Source: the human T2T-CHM13v2.0 reference genome, Homo sapiens
NCBI RefSeq assembly: GCF_009914755.1
Contig: NC_060930.1
Strand: one strand, 5' to 3'
DNA length: 64,000 nucleotides
This document shows positions 14,443-35,065 of this stretch, one piece after another. Position numbers and translations under genes: made by a program. Every line of letters begins with the position of its first letter. The first letter of the stretch is position 1. The notes under the pieces were generated by a model, which saw only the letters and a program-made list of their open reading frames with translations, was not told where the DNA came from and ran no database searches.

Positions 14443-15602
14443 TTATGAATCCTCCAAAAAGTAACTGAGGCTTTGGCTTAAGCCATTAAATTTAAAGATT
14501 TGTTTAAAAATTATTTGCCCTTCCTTGGAATTTGCTATATATTATGCTTTGCAATAAATCACAGCCTTTTCTATATAGACATTTTTGATGTGTGGGACCA
14601 TTATCCCTCTGGCAATATATTTTTAATGTGCTATGACTGTAAAGTATTAAATCAGTCTTGTTACTTGATAGCCATGCCCCAAGTATAGCTATTTGTACAT
14701 ACTAAACATATCATTTTTGATGTTTGTGTCTCTGTGTTTGGCTGGTGTTATTACTTCCTAAGTTGATTGTAAAATGGCTTTACTACAGTCAACACAGTTC
14801 ATCTACCTAGCAGTTAATGAGTATTGCTCAATCAGGTGTCCACCTTCTAGTGATGAAGCGAGGTATGGGGTAATATTTCACTCTTGACACTGAAAAATTT
14901 AATAGCTTTATAAGATGTAATATATAAAGATAGTGAAATTCTTTACTGTTGTTTTTTAAGTCTCGGGTTTTTTTTTAATATAGAAGATGAAGCTGCTTAA
15001 TGGTCTTGACTAGGACTTTTAAAATGAATGGTGTCTGCGGAAAGATGATCATGAAAACATTTAAACAAAGTTTCATTGTTTTATGAAATGCAGAGTTTCT
15101 AGTATCTGCCTCCTTTGTTTTTGTAACAATTAAAATATTTCTTTCTTGTTAAAAAAGGTTATTCTGAACACAATAAATGGAATATACATATAATCAAGAA
15201 AAGTTTCAAAAATAGACTACATTGTAAAGAAATGAGGCAGACTAACAATGTTAAAACATGTTTATAATGTAATATGGGTCAGGTGCAGTGGCTCATGCCT
15301 GTAATCGCAGCACTTTGGGAGGCTGAGGCAGGAGGATCATTTGAGCCCAGGAGTTCAAGACATCTGCTTTCTCTTATCATGTTACGTTTTAGTTTACCAC
15401 ATTATATTGAAGTTACCGGTCTGTATGCTTGGTTTCACCAGGAGATAGCTGCCTTGAGGGCATCTTTGTATTTCTAGCACAGGCCTTGGCATAAAGAAGT
15501 TAGTAGGTTCATAAATGATGGTGAATGACTGAATGAAAGAATAAGTGGATAATACAAATTCATTCTCCCTGCAGTTCTTGGGAGCTATTTGGATAGCATT
15601 AC

Positions 15603-15734
15603 CTGTAGCAGAGGAAAGCCCAAGAGGACACTGGGTTTGCACTCTTCAGTCATTAAGATGACTTCAGGTTGCTGTGTATCAGCCCAGCTCAGCCGATTGC
15701 CCACAAGAAAATCTTGTCTGTGGTCTCTCAGTGC
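15603..15734 (-). pseudogene. GSTA8P: GSTA pseudogene coding exon 5 (132 nt)
   Basis: cag|ALRDHRQDFLVGNRLSWADTQQPEVILMTEECKPSVLLGFPLLQ|gtaatg; GST N-capping box SxAD present. Confidence 0.95.
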
Positions 15735-17708
15735 CTGCATGATGGTTAATAAGGAAAAGGTAGAAGATGAAGGACACACCTAACATATAATTTAAAGTCA
15801 GCTTGATTTGGCAGAAAGTCTTCTAGAAGTTAAGAGACCTGGCTTCTAATCTGTTCTTTGCCACTGACTAGCTGTGTGAGCTCACGCAAACCCCATTTCT
15901 CTTGGGCTTCGTGAGGTGAAAGGAATGGAATAGCTTAAACCCTCCTGACTTATTCTGAACATAGGAAACAGCTTTATCTCATGTGCTTGTCTTCTTTTCA
16001 TCTCCTCTCCCTGTAGCTATCCCGTGAACCTCTGTAGAGTGATTTTAGCACCGACCCTCCATTGGTGGCTCTTCCTGGGCTGATGGTATTTCTACTTGCA
16101 CCATCTCAGGGTGGATTCTTGAGGTGTGCTGCTCTTCGGAAGGTACTGTGTTTGCAGGGAGAGTGTCATTCTCAGAGGGACCCAACCCTCATTTTTATAA
16201 GCGAATTTTCTTCAAATAGGGCTGTAAATTATGGGTCACTTTGAGTCAAAATTGATCAAATACAAAATGAAATGTAAGTTTGGAGGAGGTGGTCACTAAG
16301 GTACATTCTAGGCCATAGACTTCATGATGTTTTGATACTTGGGCATAGGATCAGGACCTAGAGAGACCTGAGTACAGGTTCCAGCTTTATTAGTTGTATG
16401 ACACTGGGCAGGTTACGTTGCTTCTTTAAGATATAGTTGCTTCACCTGTAAATGAGGAAATAATTTATCCTTATTTACAGATGAAGCAACCACATAGTAT
16501 CTTGTGGAGTTATTATAAAGATTAAATGGATTAATGCATGCGAATCATATAGCACAGCACTTGGCACTCAGTAAAGGTGAGCCATTATTATTATTAGCAC
16601 TGTTGTTAGTGCAGTTACAGTCACATTTTTAGTTATGAGAAGTCTGCACTTCATAGTATCTTACAACAAAAACTTCATGCATTAGTTTACCACATGGTGG
16701 TGGTAAACATTCACTCTGTTGTCAGTATTTGTATGGTAAAAGATCTTAAGTTACATGCTGATTACAAAGGAATACATTATCTTTGAAACACTTTTGAAGG
16801 AAACAGTATGGGGAAAACCTGGGGGTTTAGAATATTCACAATTTGATCCAGTTGGAGCTAGGAACTCACCAGGTATAATTAAGGGAAAAGTCTAACCGAG
16901 GAAGTTAGGGTATCTGTCATCTATGCCAAATACATAAGTATCAACTAGATAATCTATGTTACATGATTAGGCTCTAAAACTGTTGATCATGATAAATATA
17001 TTCAAATACATGTATTAAATCATTTAATGAGAACTATTGTTATTCAACCCAAAAAGGATAGGTTAAAACAGCATGGCAGGTGAGTTTGAAAAACTTAACT
17101 GGCTCTTTTTTCTTTGTTTTTACCAAGCCCTAACATTTTTCATCATCTTTTCCTAGACTTACTAATATTATAATGACTGCACCTGGAGATGAAGAGCATT
17201 AATAACTAAAGAAGGCATCCAACCCTGACCAAGTGCAAGCTTTCAGACAGCATTTTACAGCTGTTAAAAATGCAGAGACATGAACGCTCAAGTATTATGT
17301 TTAAAACAATTTTTTAACTTTTAGAATACTGCTTAGAATTCTAACCTTACAAACAGCCCTGAACCCCAGGACTGTCCAGTGTATTTTAGAAATAATATCC
17401 ATCCCCTCTCCCCCAGCTCTTTCATTAGTGTGGGATTTCCTCCCTTAGAATCAGGTAACTGAAATTCTATCAGCACCAGAACCACAAATAGTGCTGAAAT
17501 TATGCATAAAATAAAAAAAAATCCAGAAGACCAGGGTGTGAGGAAGGAGAGCAGATTTGTTGTCTAACTGCAAGTGGGGGAAGAATTTTGAGCTTTCGCA
17601 AAGGGTTTGGAAACCTTTATTGATAAAATTCTTTGTCTATTTTTAGTTTCATTTGTTTTTCTCCCCCTTGATTCAAGTCATAAAGCAGGGCAGGAGTTTG
17701 TTGCTTAC

Positions 17709-17847
17709 CTTCTCACAGACAGGGAATAATCTTGTAGTGGCTCTTTCAAGGATGTATGCAAGATTCATCTTCTCTTCAGGCAGAGAGAGTGGCTGGAACA
17801 TAATCATGTCACTCAGGTCCTTCAAGCCTTCTACATACATGTGAATC
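17709..17847 (-). pseudogene. GSTA8P: GSTA pseudogene coding exon 4 (139 nt)
   Basis: ttttctag|(W)IHMYVEGLKDLSDMIMFQPLSLPEEKMNLAYILERATTRLFPVCEK|gtaagc; one codon shorter than the 142-nt GSTA1 exon. Confidence 0.95.
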
Positions 17848-18542
17848 CTAGAAAAAGGGTGTTAATTCAAAAAAGAGTTACAGATAAAGGGAACTGTCAT
17901 TTAATGGGCCAAAGAAACATTTTAAGTAGTGCCTCTGTTTTACCTGCTTAGTTATCAGGTGTTTTCATGGAACATTGTTCCAGGAACTGAAGCCAGGTGT
18001 TTTCAGAGGCATGCTGTTCCTTTGAAATATTAGGGAAGATGCATCTGGGAGATAGAAAAGTTGTAGGATCAAAGTGTGTGAGCAATTATATGTGTGTGAC
18101 TATCAATTATGTAACACTAGTGTTAATAAAATACATATACACAAAGTATTAAAATAATCCCAAAACAGCAAATTGGGCAAATATCATTTATGGCTATTTA
18201 GTTGTTGTAATAATAGTGAGATCACCCATGCTGCTACTGGTGATGCATGTGGAAGAAGAGGTAATAAGGGCCTCTGCACTGCCAAACACATCTCCATCTG
18301 GATTGAAGGTTCTCAAACATAGTAGAGCAATTTCATAGAAGACAAAACTTACTCCACAAGTTCCCACTTGCCACCACCCACATCTCTGTGCCAAAGTGTA
18401 TGGAAACATGGATGTTATGTTTGACAAGACACCATGACGTAGTGAGACTACTGGTGTGGGCCTTGGGAAACTTTGGTCTGGGTCCAAGATGAGTCTCTTA
18501 TTAATCTTTTTGAACCACAGTTCCTTTAACTTTAAGCTACAG

Positions 18543-19445
18543 TAGCAGTGCATGTCTTGAAATGGACTCAGATTCTTTGCTACTTCTCCTATTGAGAGTA
18601 AGTTTCATTCTCCCCTTGAATCTGAGTGGGCCTTGGAGACTTGCTTGGCCAATAGAATGTGAGAAGTAATGTCCTTAGACTTGTATATCTAGGACATAAG
18701 CCTCACAGCTTCCACGGGGTTCTCTTGGAACATTTGCTCAGAGGCCAACCAGCTACTACGTACAAAGTCCAACTACACTGAGAACCTCATGCCATGTGGA
18801 AGCCCAAGCTAGTCCTGTGAAGAAGGCACGTAGAGAGAGACCGATGCCCCACTAGGCCCATATGGTCCAGCTATATGGCAGATGCACTTGATAGCAATAC
18901 CCTGATAATGGTCCTATGGTCTAAGAAGAATGTGTGTTTGGAGTTCCAAGCTAAGGAATCCAGGAGTGGCCAACCTCTAGATTCATTCCTTATCTATGAG
19001 GAGCATCTGAACCCCTGGCCCATCCCATGGTGTGCAGGCCATGCAAGGGATTGAGGCCCTTTGTTCTGGGTTACATAAAGGTTGCCAGGTGGAGGTTGCA
19101 AGGGAGAGGGTGCTAAGTGAAAATGCTATATAACCAGCATGCTTTTTACAAATGGTAGTGGTTCTCCTGTCGAGCCTGCCACCACTGGACCGTGTTGTAT
19201 GTAAGTCCCCTCAATAAATCCCAAGTCTTGTTTGCTGGCTCTAGGTCTCTTCTTCAGACTCTCAAACATGGTGCCATCCCTATTGAAGTCAATAGGGATC
19301 TGGCATGACAGCAGCCCTCCCAACACAAGTTCCAGACACATGAGTAAAGCACTCCATGAGAGACTTGGAGAGAACCACCCAGCTGAGCCCTGTCAACTCA
19401 GCACCGTGAGAGATCATATTCTATAGCAACAGATAACCAGAAGAG
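18543..19445 (+). mobile_element. MLT1-type MaLR LTR interrupted by an LTR47-like solo LTR
   Basis: MLT1 motifs (gacttgcttggccaatagaatgt; gagaaccacccagctgagccc...agcaacagataaccagaa) on both sides of the insert. Confidence 0.65.
18872..19310 (+). mobile_element. Solo ERVL LTR (LTR47A-like)
   Basis: TATA (gctatataa), AATAAA and terminal ...tggcatgaca; near-TSD ccagc/gcagc; matches the recalled LTR47 consensus. Confidence 0.75.
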
Positions 19446-20004
19446 TACTATTCTGAACATTAGGATTGTTGTGGGTTTATACAGTTGAAAGAGTTTTAAA
19501 ATACAAAGTTTCTAACATGTATGAGGTTTTATCACAATACTATACCAATGAAAGCACTAATAGTAAATAATTCATTTTCAGTTTATATGAAAGATCTATT
19601 TAAAAACTGTTTTTCATTAAAAGGAACCAGAGCTTCTTAGAGAAATGACTGAGTCCAGTTCTGGAGCAGGAGATGTTCAGAATTAATTGGGATTATCATC
19701 TTATACCAGATAATAAGGAAGTTATCAGAGATCACTCAGGTCAGACCAAAAATTCCCATTGGCTCCCATTGGCCAAAGGTGGGACAATTTGAGCATAAAT
19801 AAGAATGATACCTGAAGTGAACTGAAACACATCAAAGATGTTTTAAATTGATGAGTTCATAATGATATGAAAACAACACTAATTAACTGGTCACTGCAAA
19901 TGAAACAACTCATTATTTGGAAAATTGGTAAACAAAGGGAAAGAATCAAGCATCAGTCTTGAAAACTGTATGTCCAAGTAACCAGATAGTAGATGAAAGG
20001 AAGT

Positions 20005-20300
20005 TTTTTCTTTCCTTTTTTTTTTTTGCGATAGAGTCTCGCTCTGTTGACCAGGCTGGAGTGCAGTGGCACAAACTCAGCTCACTGCAACTTCTGCCTC
20101 CTGGGTTCAAGTGACTCAGCCTCTCGATTAGCTGGTATTACAGGTGAGCACCACCATGCCCAGCTAATTTTTGTATTTTTAGTAGAGACAGGGTTTTGCC
20201 ATATTGGCCAGGTTGGTCTCAAACTCCTGGTCTCATGTGATCCACCTGCCTCTGCCTCCCAAAGTGCTAGGATAACAGGCATGAACCACCATTCCTGACC
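20005..20300 (-). mobile_element. Alu
   Basis: Alu consensus. Confidence 0.9.
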
Positions 20301-20384
20301 CTTGTTTTTCTTTTTTGATCTTTTATTTTTCTTGTTAGCCCTTTTGTTGTGTTAGCAAAAGGTTTTCTTTATAGAAATATTTCA

Positions 20385-20718
<334 letters not shown>

Positions 20719-21767
20719 TTAGCCCTGAACATCAATGGCTACTGATATCATAAAGAATACACAACGACACTGAAAGTAGCCTTGCAAAACCGACTAGAAC
20801 CTGAATCTGATAAAGCCTCTAAACCCAGCTACCAATTTATAAAAATACAGAGACAGGGGAACATGTTAAACTACACTGCAGGGATGTAATTTGGTTTCAG
20901 CAGAAATTTGGTTTCTAAGTCAGTGAGAAACTACTAGAAAGTAAGGGAAAACTTTTGTTGAGATTTCAAAATACGAGATCAATTTAAAAATGTTTACTAC
21001 ATTGAAATGTTTAAAGCTAAGTTTCTGAAAACACATGCATTTTTGAAATAAAACAATGGCTTCAGAAATTTATTTAAAACACATCTCATTTAGTAAAGAT
21101 GGATTATTTGTTGTTTACCAATTAATGGTTTTCTAATTCTGTGCAATAATTTACAATTTAGGGTTGCTGTTAAAAACCCCAGGTAAGATAAGACTATTTT
21201 GTCAGTTTGTAGATAGGTCTGCCTATTGTAAAAGGACTGATGTCTGCACAAGGGAATTAACTAATGTCTGGGAGGCCAGGGGGCAGATATTGGTGTGACC
21301 AGAGATTAATGAAGTAGTTTCCAACAACCACTTCTAGAATCAATTGCGTGGGGATAGAATGCTCCTCCTCCGAAAATTTTGGGTCTGTGTTCTGGTGATT
21401 TACTCTGTGTGCCACTTCCACCTTGTGGAGGGAAACACAAATTCACAAGAAAGTGGTAGATGTACTCTACTAACGTCTTTGCTTTAGTAAATAAATAATA
21501 CATAACTAATAAAGAGCTAAACATAGAATCAGAAAATTAAAGAAACTGTTTAATTGGCCATGAATTAGTCATTGTCGAAGGTAAATTTTGTACATAGGGT
21601 TTATTATACTAGTCTCTCTCCTTTGATATGTTAGATTTTGCTACAATAAAAAGTTAACCAGAGAAGAGCTTTGTATTAATCTGTCAAGAATTATGCTACA
21701 CATGACTGCTAATAAGCTTAAAACTTTTTTTTTAAGTTTTATTCTAAGAAAGAAGCGATTGTTGTAC

Positions 21768-21900
21768 CAGGCTTGTTCCTTCATGTTCCTTCCATACAAG
21801 TCATATTTTGCAGCTATGTATCTTAGGAAGGCTCTGGTTTCTACCTAATTCATTCCATGAGTTTCGACCATGGGCACTTGTCCATACATCAGGGTTCCAC
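21768..21900 (-). pseudogene. GSTA8P: GSTA pseudogene coding exon 3 (133 nt)
   Basis: ttttaag|(G)GTLMYGQVPMVETHGMN*VETRAFLRYIAAKYDLYGRNMKEQA(W)|gtacaa; TAG at 21845-21847. Confidence 0.95.
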
Positions 21901-23090
21901 CTTAAAATACACAAAGGAAAGTTGGGTTATTTATTGTCTGTGATAATAATAACTGTTTTCTTTAAAGGTGGTACAAAATGGAACTATGTAATCAAATATT
22001 TTTAGAGGCCAAGTAAAAGGAGAAATATTTACCCATTCACTCATACAAAAATGTGTAGAGTGCAAGAAAATGATGTTGAGTACTCTGGTAGGCACAAAGC
22101 TTTCTGTCTGACCAAGAATTGTCCTTTCTCATTCCTTACTCTCCTTTCCTATGGTCACCCTCTTTTTACCTCTGGACTACCACGACATTTATCTACCCAA
22201 CATGCTCTGCCTGGTTGTTTTTCTGAAGCCATAAGCCTCTGCCTAAAACCTTTCTGTTATTCCCCATTTTCTTATAGGAAAATAAGCATACATATTTTAA
22301 CTGCCTGGAATTCAAAGCATGTCTTGACATTTGCCTCCCTGCACCTTCTTCTGCACATGGTTTCCCACCGTTCTCCTACATCAACCTTCCATGTCCTACC
22401 CCTCCCTTCTTGGAATCCCAGTGATCTCCCTTCTGGCTGACAGCTCTCTGCTTTGGGCTTACTTTTTCAATCTTCCCAAGGAATATTTGCATTAAAACCA
22501 ACCAACCAATCAACCAACCAGCCAACCAACTGTAACTAGAGAGAACAACCGTTTAATTTAAAAGACTGGAGGGACTTTCTCTCTTTCTCTCTCTCTGCCT
22601 CAGAATGGCAACAGTAAGGCTGGCTCTGCCCTTTTCCCATTTAACACCTGAAGTTGAGGCAGTTCTCCTTTCCATTGTTTCAGGGTCTAGCTGGGAGACA
22701 GAACCACATCAGGTACTTTAGCACAGAACATTAAATATAAAGGAATGAATTATATCTTGGAGAACTGAAAACAACAAAGGAACAGTGCAGTATCATGAAG
22801 TTGGCAACTGTGAAAGCAGACATTATCCCTAGGGCAACAAAAACAAAGGAAGGGGGTTGGAATTATGACAGCTTAGAAGCTTGGAGGCAGGGCTCCTCCT
22901 AGTTGCAAGATCCAAGCACTACCTTCCTTATATGGAGATAGGATATGGATAGATACTATTTACATAATTTTCACTGCTCTTATTTAGAATATGAGAGAGA
23001 GAGAGAGAGAGAGCCTTTCATATTAATGGAGAGACCATCTCATCTCTTTGGTCTAATGCAACATCACGAATAACAAGGCGTTTATCTCAC

Positions 23091-23142
23091 CTTGGATTAA
23101 TTTCTCAAATTCTTCGTCTGTTTCAAAAAGGTTTTCTTCAAA
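23091..23142 (-). pseudogene. GSTA8P: GSTA pseudogene coding exon 2 (52 nt)
   Basis: FEENLFETDEEFEKLIQ-G|gtgaga; acceptor reads ttttcAA instead of cAG. Confidence 0.92.
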
Positions 23143-25764
23143 TTGAAAAATGAAAGAATATAAGAATATGTTGCTATTAACATTTTTATTGTTATTACTG
23201 TTGATATCACAGAAAGGAATAGAAAGTAAAAGGCCTAACCACCAAATAAACCAATATTTCAAGTAAGTTGTTGAACCCATGCTGTCGTTTTCTGGATCTT
23301 ACGAAAGCAAGGAAGTTTTTATATAAAACCAAAGCAAAGGGTTTACTGAACTCAGTTGATTGAGAAATATCTATAGTCTACTATTGTGCAGATATAACTT
23401 GCCTGGTAAACTTTTCAGCCGCAATTTGAATGCAGGCTACTCCCCTTAATTGGCTCAGATAAGTTACTCTCTTCTAATTTCAGTTTCCTAACATGTGAAA
23501 TGAAGCTAATACCTACTGGTGGTGCTGTCATGATGGTTAAATGACATGATGTATAGTAAAGACTAACTCCCATCTTGGCTCAGTATTTGACCTTTGTTAT
23601 TTTTTTTCTCATAACTTTCCCTTGGGTGGTGTTTGTTACCCCTTATTCCTAGTGCTAAAGAACAGGCAAATATTTGATTGTCTCATTACATACCTTCTCT
23701 TTAAGCCAAAGAGGCTTAGACATAGGAATTAAGTTGCAGCTAATCTTAGAAGTTACTTGGTAACAATCTAATAATAAAACAAAATTAACTTAAAAGATCC
23801 TTTGTTGCATATTTAAAGAAACATAAATCAAGCTATCTTTTCTTACCACTCACAAGAGTTTTTAATCAGTGTTATTGTTAGATTGTTACCAATTAACTTC
23901 TGGATACTTTCGCTTTAAAATACATTTACCAATTAAATGTGTGCATTTTGTATAGCATAATTTTAACATAAAATTGAAATACAATTAGTTTTCCTGTATT
24001 ATTAATATTTTCTAGCATAGAGATGTAAAAACCCAACAAAAACTGGAAAATATTATTTTTCCCAGATTGTATTCTATCCGTTTTACAATAAAAAATAATT
24101 TGAAATGTTAAATTTTACAATTTGGAGTAATAAAAAATATTCAGAGAAGATGCTAATACATAGCTTCCTGGTCATAATTCCTAAGTACTTAATGTTAAAT
24201 AGTGTTAAACCTTGATGTCCTATCACTCTCATTCCTATACCTGAAGACCAGCATTAACTTCAACTCTCAAACACAAGAGTAAGAGACATTTCAGTCTCAG
24301 GGAATTCTGCCATTTTTATAAGACAAAGAAGATGGATGTAAAGCTCTCTTCCCCTTATTTATTTAAAAATATTTTCAATATTATTGCAGAAGTGCTAAAA
24401 CTCATTGTAGAAAAATTAGAAAATACGGATAAAAATTTTCAGCCACCCATATTGGCCTTTCTCTAAAAATGAGCAGATGTTTAGTAGACATATTATTTTC
24501 CTTATGACTATGTCTTAATGAACAGAAATGTGGCATTCAGAAGTAGAAATTGGATGCTTACTAAATTTAAAAATAATCTGTATGCAAGGGTAGAGTGTGA
24601 GTGTGAATATGGGGAGGGAGTTCGTCTTTATCCCCTCTGCTCTTTGTTTTTGCAAAATAAGTTCTCTCTGGGTCTGCTTTACAATCCCCAGTACTAGATG
24701 TTTTCTCTTCACTACCTTCGATGCTCCAAAACACTTCCATGTTTCAGAGAGTTGGTGGGTCTCTTTCTCTCTCTCATATTTTCACCAGGAAAAAAGGAAA
24801 GGCAGCAGCTGACATTATAATATTGGAGCTCTTCTTAACCAAAGCTTCCTTTGGATGCTTAGGAAGCCTAGAGAGGTCAAGTGACTTGCCTAAAGTCTTT
24901 CAGCTAAATGGTAGAAGAACCAGAGCTAGGTTGCCCTCTCACCAAGCCTACTACATCTTCAATATTATCATCTTGGTAAATGTGTAATTTTATGTAAATA
25001 ATTATTATAAAAGGAAGTCATCATATTCCAAAGTTAACAAATATGAGAATATGGACAGTGATTACCAAGGTATAAAACAAAGCTTTCCAAAAAGCAGCAT
25101 TTTTTTCCTAAACATGCTTTACTTTACTTATTTTTTCCTAAGCACTATTTACTTACAACTTACAATATTTATGAAGTGTGATGAAAAATGCATACATTTG
25201 TGATTTCAGTTTCTCCTACAATTTTTCATGTCAGGAACTCTGAGGTAACTTAGGCTATCTGATCCGGCGAGTCTCCAAGAATCAGAGAGGCAGAGCTCAA
25301 TCTCCAATTCCAACAAGGGCTTTACCAGGGTAAGCCCTGAGAGGAGGTGGGCAGACCGCGGGAGGGTGGCAGGTTGGAGGGAGAGGTAGGGTTGTGGGAA
25401 ATAGGAGGCAGTCCAGCCTGCTGGCATTCACAGTTCTAGGTCTGGACATGAAACTATATGGGGTACATCCAGATTTCTCAGACTAGATACTATCTGAAGA
25501 ATTTTCTGCTACGTTTTGATTGAGTTTCGCCGGATCACACCAAAGAGGTTTCGCTCCTGAACTTTTAAAAATCTTCAATTTTATCTTTTGCTTAAAGGCT
25601 AATTGTGTGAGGAGCTGTGTTAGGTACAGCAGGGGCTCCAAAGACAAGCAAAGCACAGCCATTTCAGCAAAATTGTAAATCTTAGAGCATAATTATTAAA
25701 CTTTTGAAAATTTACTCTGACTCATAACACAAGGAAATTTCAGGCACAGGAGGTGGCTATTGGC

Positions 25765-26391
<627 letters not shown>

Positions 26392-27094
26392 CTAGAATTT
26401 CCATCTAACTCTGACAAACCATAATAATACCAACCCTAAGTCTAAAAAATGGTGAGGAATCAGAAGATCCAATAAAGAGCTTCATATAGCTCAGAAAAGA
26501 GAATTGGCCTTTTATTGTTTTGTAAAAATTAGGTCATCAGAAGAAGCAATGACAAATTCAGCTTTTTAAAAAATTACACTAAAAATATTTAATGCCCTCC
26601 AAAGATACTGGAGTGTTTTTGATAGGTAGGCTTTGGATTCACATTGTCTTCTGTGCATGTTTTATCATATTTTATTCTGATCTAATTCTAATGCAACAAT
26701 ACCTAAACATTGAAATTTTGAAAACAATTATAAAGGAATGAACCGGAGTCTTCCTCCACCCCCTCTCTTTCTCCCTCGGTCTCATCATTTGTCCATCTGT
26801 CATCTATCCATCTCAAAAAGGACAAATTGCAAAAACATAATATTGATTGTAAAGAGGAAAATACAGAATAGTACACAAAAGGAGCCGTTTATGTAAATTA
26901 TTTCCAAAGGTCCACAAGTCAGAGGTTGGTGAGCCCACATAGTAAGTGCAAAAATATAAAGACTGGACTGACTGGATAGAAGTTGCTTAAGTGGAGATGG
27001 AGGTGATGGTTCTATTAAATTTTAGACTTATTTGTTAGTATTTTATATTTTAAACAAGATTATATTAATATATTAACTGTGGAGTTTCTTTCTT

Positions 27095-27380
27095 GTTAGA
27101 GACAGAGTCTTGCTCTGTTGCTCAGGCTCGAGTGCAGTGGCACGATCATACCCCAATGCAACCTCAAACTTCTAGGCTCAAGCAATCCACCTGCCTCAGC
27201 CTCCTGATTAGCCAGGTCTACAGGCATGTGCCATCATGCCCAGCTAATTTTTAAAATTTTTATGTGGAGACGGGGTCTTGTTATGTTTCCCATGCTGGTC
27301 TCCAACTCTTGGCCTCAAGGAATCCTCCTTCCTTGGCCTCCCAAAGTGCTGGGATTACAGGTGCCTACCACCACACACAA
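27095..27380 (-). mobile_element. Alu (AluJ-like)
   Basis: Diverged Alu consensus. Confidence 0.85.
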
Positions 27381-28521
27381 TTCTGTCTGTGTTTTTAAAA
27401 AATATATATTGAAGGTAAACATGACAAAATATTAATAATTACTCAAACCAGGTAGTGAGATCATGTTTGTTTATTGCAATATTCTTTGTACTTTTCTTTG
27501 TGTACTTTCAAAAATTTCATTTAAGACTTAAAAATTCAAACCAAAAGATTAGAAAAAAAATGGTGATGAACCTTTTACAAAGATTTTTTTTGCATTATTG
27601 TAGCACTATCAGATTACATAAAATTGTACATTTCACAAAATATTTAAATATAAACCATGTTCTGGGCTGCATTCATATAAAGTATCTCCATTTCTAGAGA
27701 ACAAATGAACTTAGTGCCTTCTGTCAGGGGTAAAACAGTGTATAGAACATTTTAGTGAATATCAAGTCACCGGGGTTACTTGCTGTCCCCATGTTAAACC
27801 ACAGTGGAGCTGGACACAGGCTTAAAGAAAATTCCCTGCTCCTTCATCTTTGAATCTAAGAGACCATTTTGGAATGACTACAGAAATTTTTTTGAATGGG
27901 TTACAGAAGAGGCTGATTCCTTATATTTACAATTAATATGCATATAGAAAAAGATTTATTTTTGAAAGGTCTTTATGAACTTCAATAGCTTAGCTTTTAA
28001 GTATGTTGAGAACAGAGTTTTTAAAAATCCATTAAAAAATAGGAGACATATTTTTGGCAGTGAAAGATAATGCTCTTGTGTCAGTACCTACAAGATTGTT
28101 CTATACTTTTAAAGAAAATGATCTGTTTCTTATTATTCTTGAGACAAATGTAGTTAAATGAATGCAACACCTGGATGGTAAGAATGAAGTGAGAAGAAGC
28201 AGAGTTGCTTCCTTCCTTCCTTCCTTCCTCCTTCCTTCCCTCCCTTCCCTCCTCCCTTTACAAATTCTTCCTTCTTTTCTTTGCTAACCATATAGAACTT
28301 TATTGTATCACCTTGGATGAGCTTAGTATCAGCAAACAGTTATCACAGTATTTGGGCATTTATTTGAAAGAACTATGTAATTCACAGCCCAATGTTTAAA
28401 GACCGTGTGGTGAAAATTGCTTTTTCTTCTGGGAATCATGTAAAGAGTTTTCTACAACTTTTCCCTAAGTAAATGCTCAGTGACCCCAAGACAAAATAAT
28501 CTGAATAAATCCACATCTTAC

Positions 28522-28608
28522 CTCTACTCTAGCTGCAGCCAAGAGCCATCAGATGGATTCCATCCTGCCTCTTCCATTGAAGTAGTAAAGCTTGGGCTTC
28601 CCCTCCAT
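28522..28608 (-). pseudogene. GSTA8P: GSTA pseudogene coding exon 1
   Basis: [28 protein letters not shown]|gtaaga; Tyr9 and Arg15 retained; TGA at 28549-28551 replaces Arg20. Confidence 0.95.
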
Positions 28609-29728
28609 GCTTAAGGATTTTTGAAAATCAACATAGAGAGACTGATTGAGACTCTTCTGCACAGAGAAGGATAAATACAAGCTTACAGAGCAGCACAAGG
28701 TTGATCACAAAGCTGTGGACTTGCAACTTATGCCCCAAATTAAAGCTGCTTCTCAGCTAGAAGGCTACTTGCATTCTGTGTTCTTTCTCACAAATGGAAT
28801 TTATCCTCACAAATTGGTGTTCTAAATATCTTGAAAAAAAAAAAACTAAATGAACAACTGGTATATTACTTTTAAATAGGAAGAGAGTGAGGAAGCCAGA
28901 CAGATGGAAGGAATTAAAGAGTAAGGCTGACCAGCTTTTCTTCCTGCAGGAAGGGGTAAGGTTTTAGCATACCAATCTTTTCTCTCTTTTTGTATACACA
29001 TCTTCCTCCCTTTCCAATCAAGGCAAGCCCAGCCTGGAGAAACTGGGTGGAGTTAGGGGAGGCTGAAGTTTCACTTCCCAGATTAATCTTGGTATTTGAA
29101 TTATTGCATCTTCTGAAACCTAGAATCAGCATTCAAGAGGATTTTCAAGGAGTCATTGGGACTTCAAATGAAAGCACAGAGTTAGGCAAAGTGTGCCTTT
29201 TCCTACTTTTTTTTTCTTTGAAAAGGTATTTTTTTTTTTTTAGAAACATAACCCATGGTCATTTTGAAGAAGTTAAAATAGTACAGAAATATGGAAATTA
29301 AAAGCCCCCCATCCCCACCCCACAATAGTCTATGAGGCTTGTGGGGAATTAGGGGTAGCCTTGGTTGGGTGCCAGGCTCTGGACATTCAAAGGCAGCTTG
29401 AGGTACCTGGAGAGGGAGTCCCGGGAAGCATAGGGAACTGTGAAAAGGGGTAGAGTGGCTTTAGAGATAGAAGTGGGCCAGGCATGGTGGCTCATGCCTG
29501 TAATCCCAGCACTTTGGGAGGCTGAAGTGGGAGGATGGCTTGGGGCTAGGAATTTGAGAACAGCCTGGGTAACATACTGTGAACCATCTCTACAAAAAAT
29601 TTGAAAAAATAAAAAAAGCATTAGCTGAGCGTGATGATATATGCTTGCGTTCCAAGCTACTTGGGAAGCTGAGGCAGGAGGATCACTTGAGTCCAGGAGG
29701 CTGAAGCATCAGTGAGCCAAGATCATGC

Positions 29729-35065
<5,337 letters not shown>

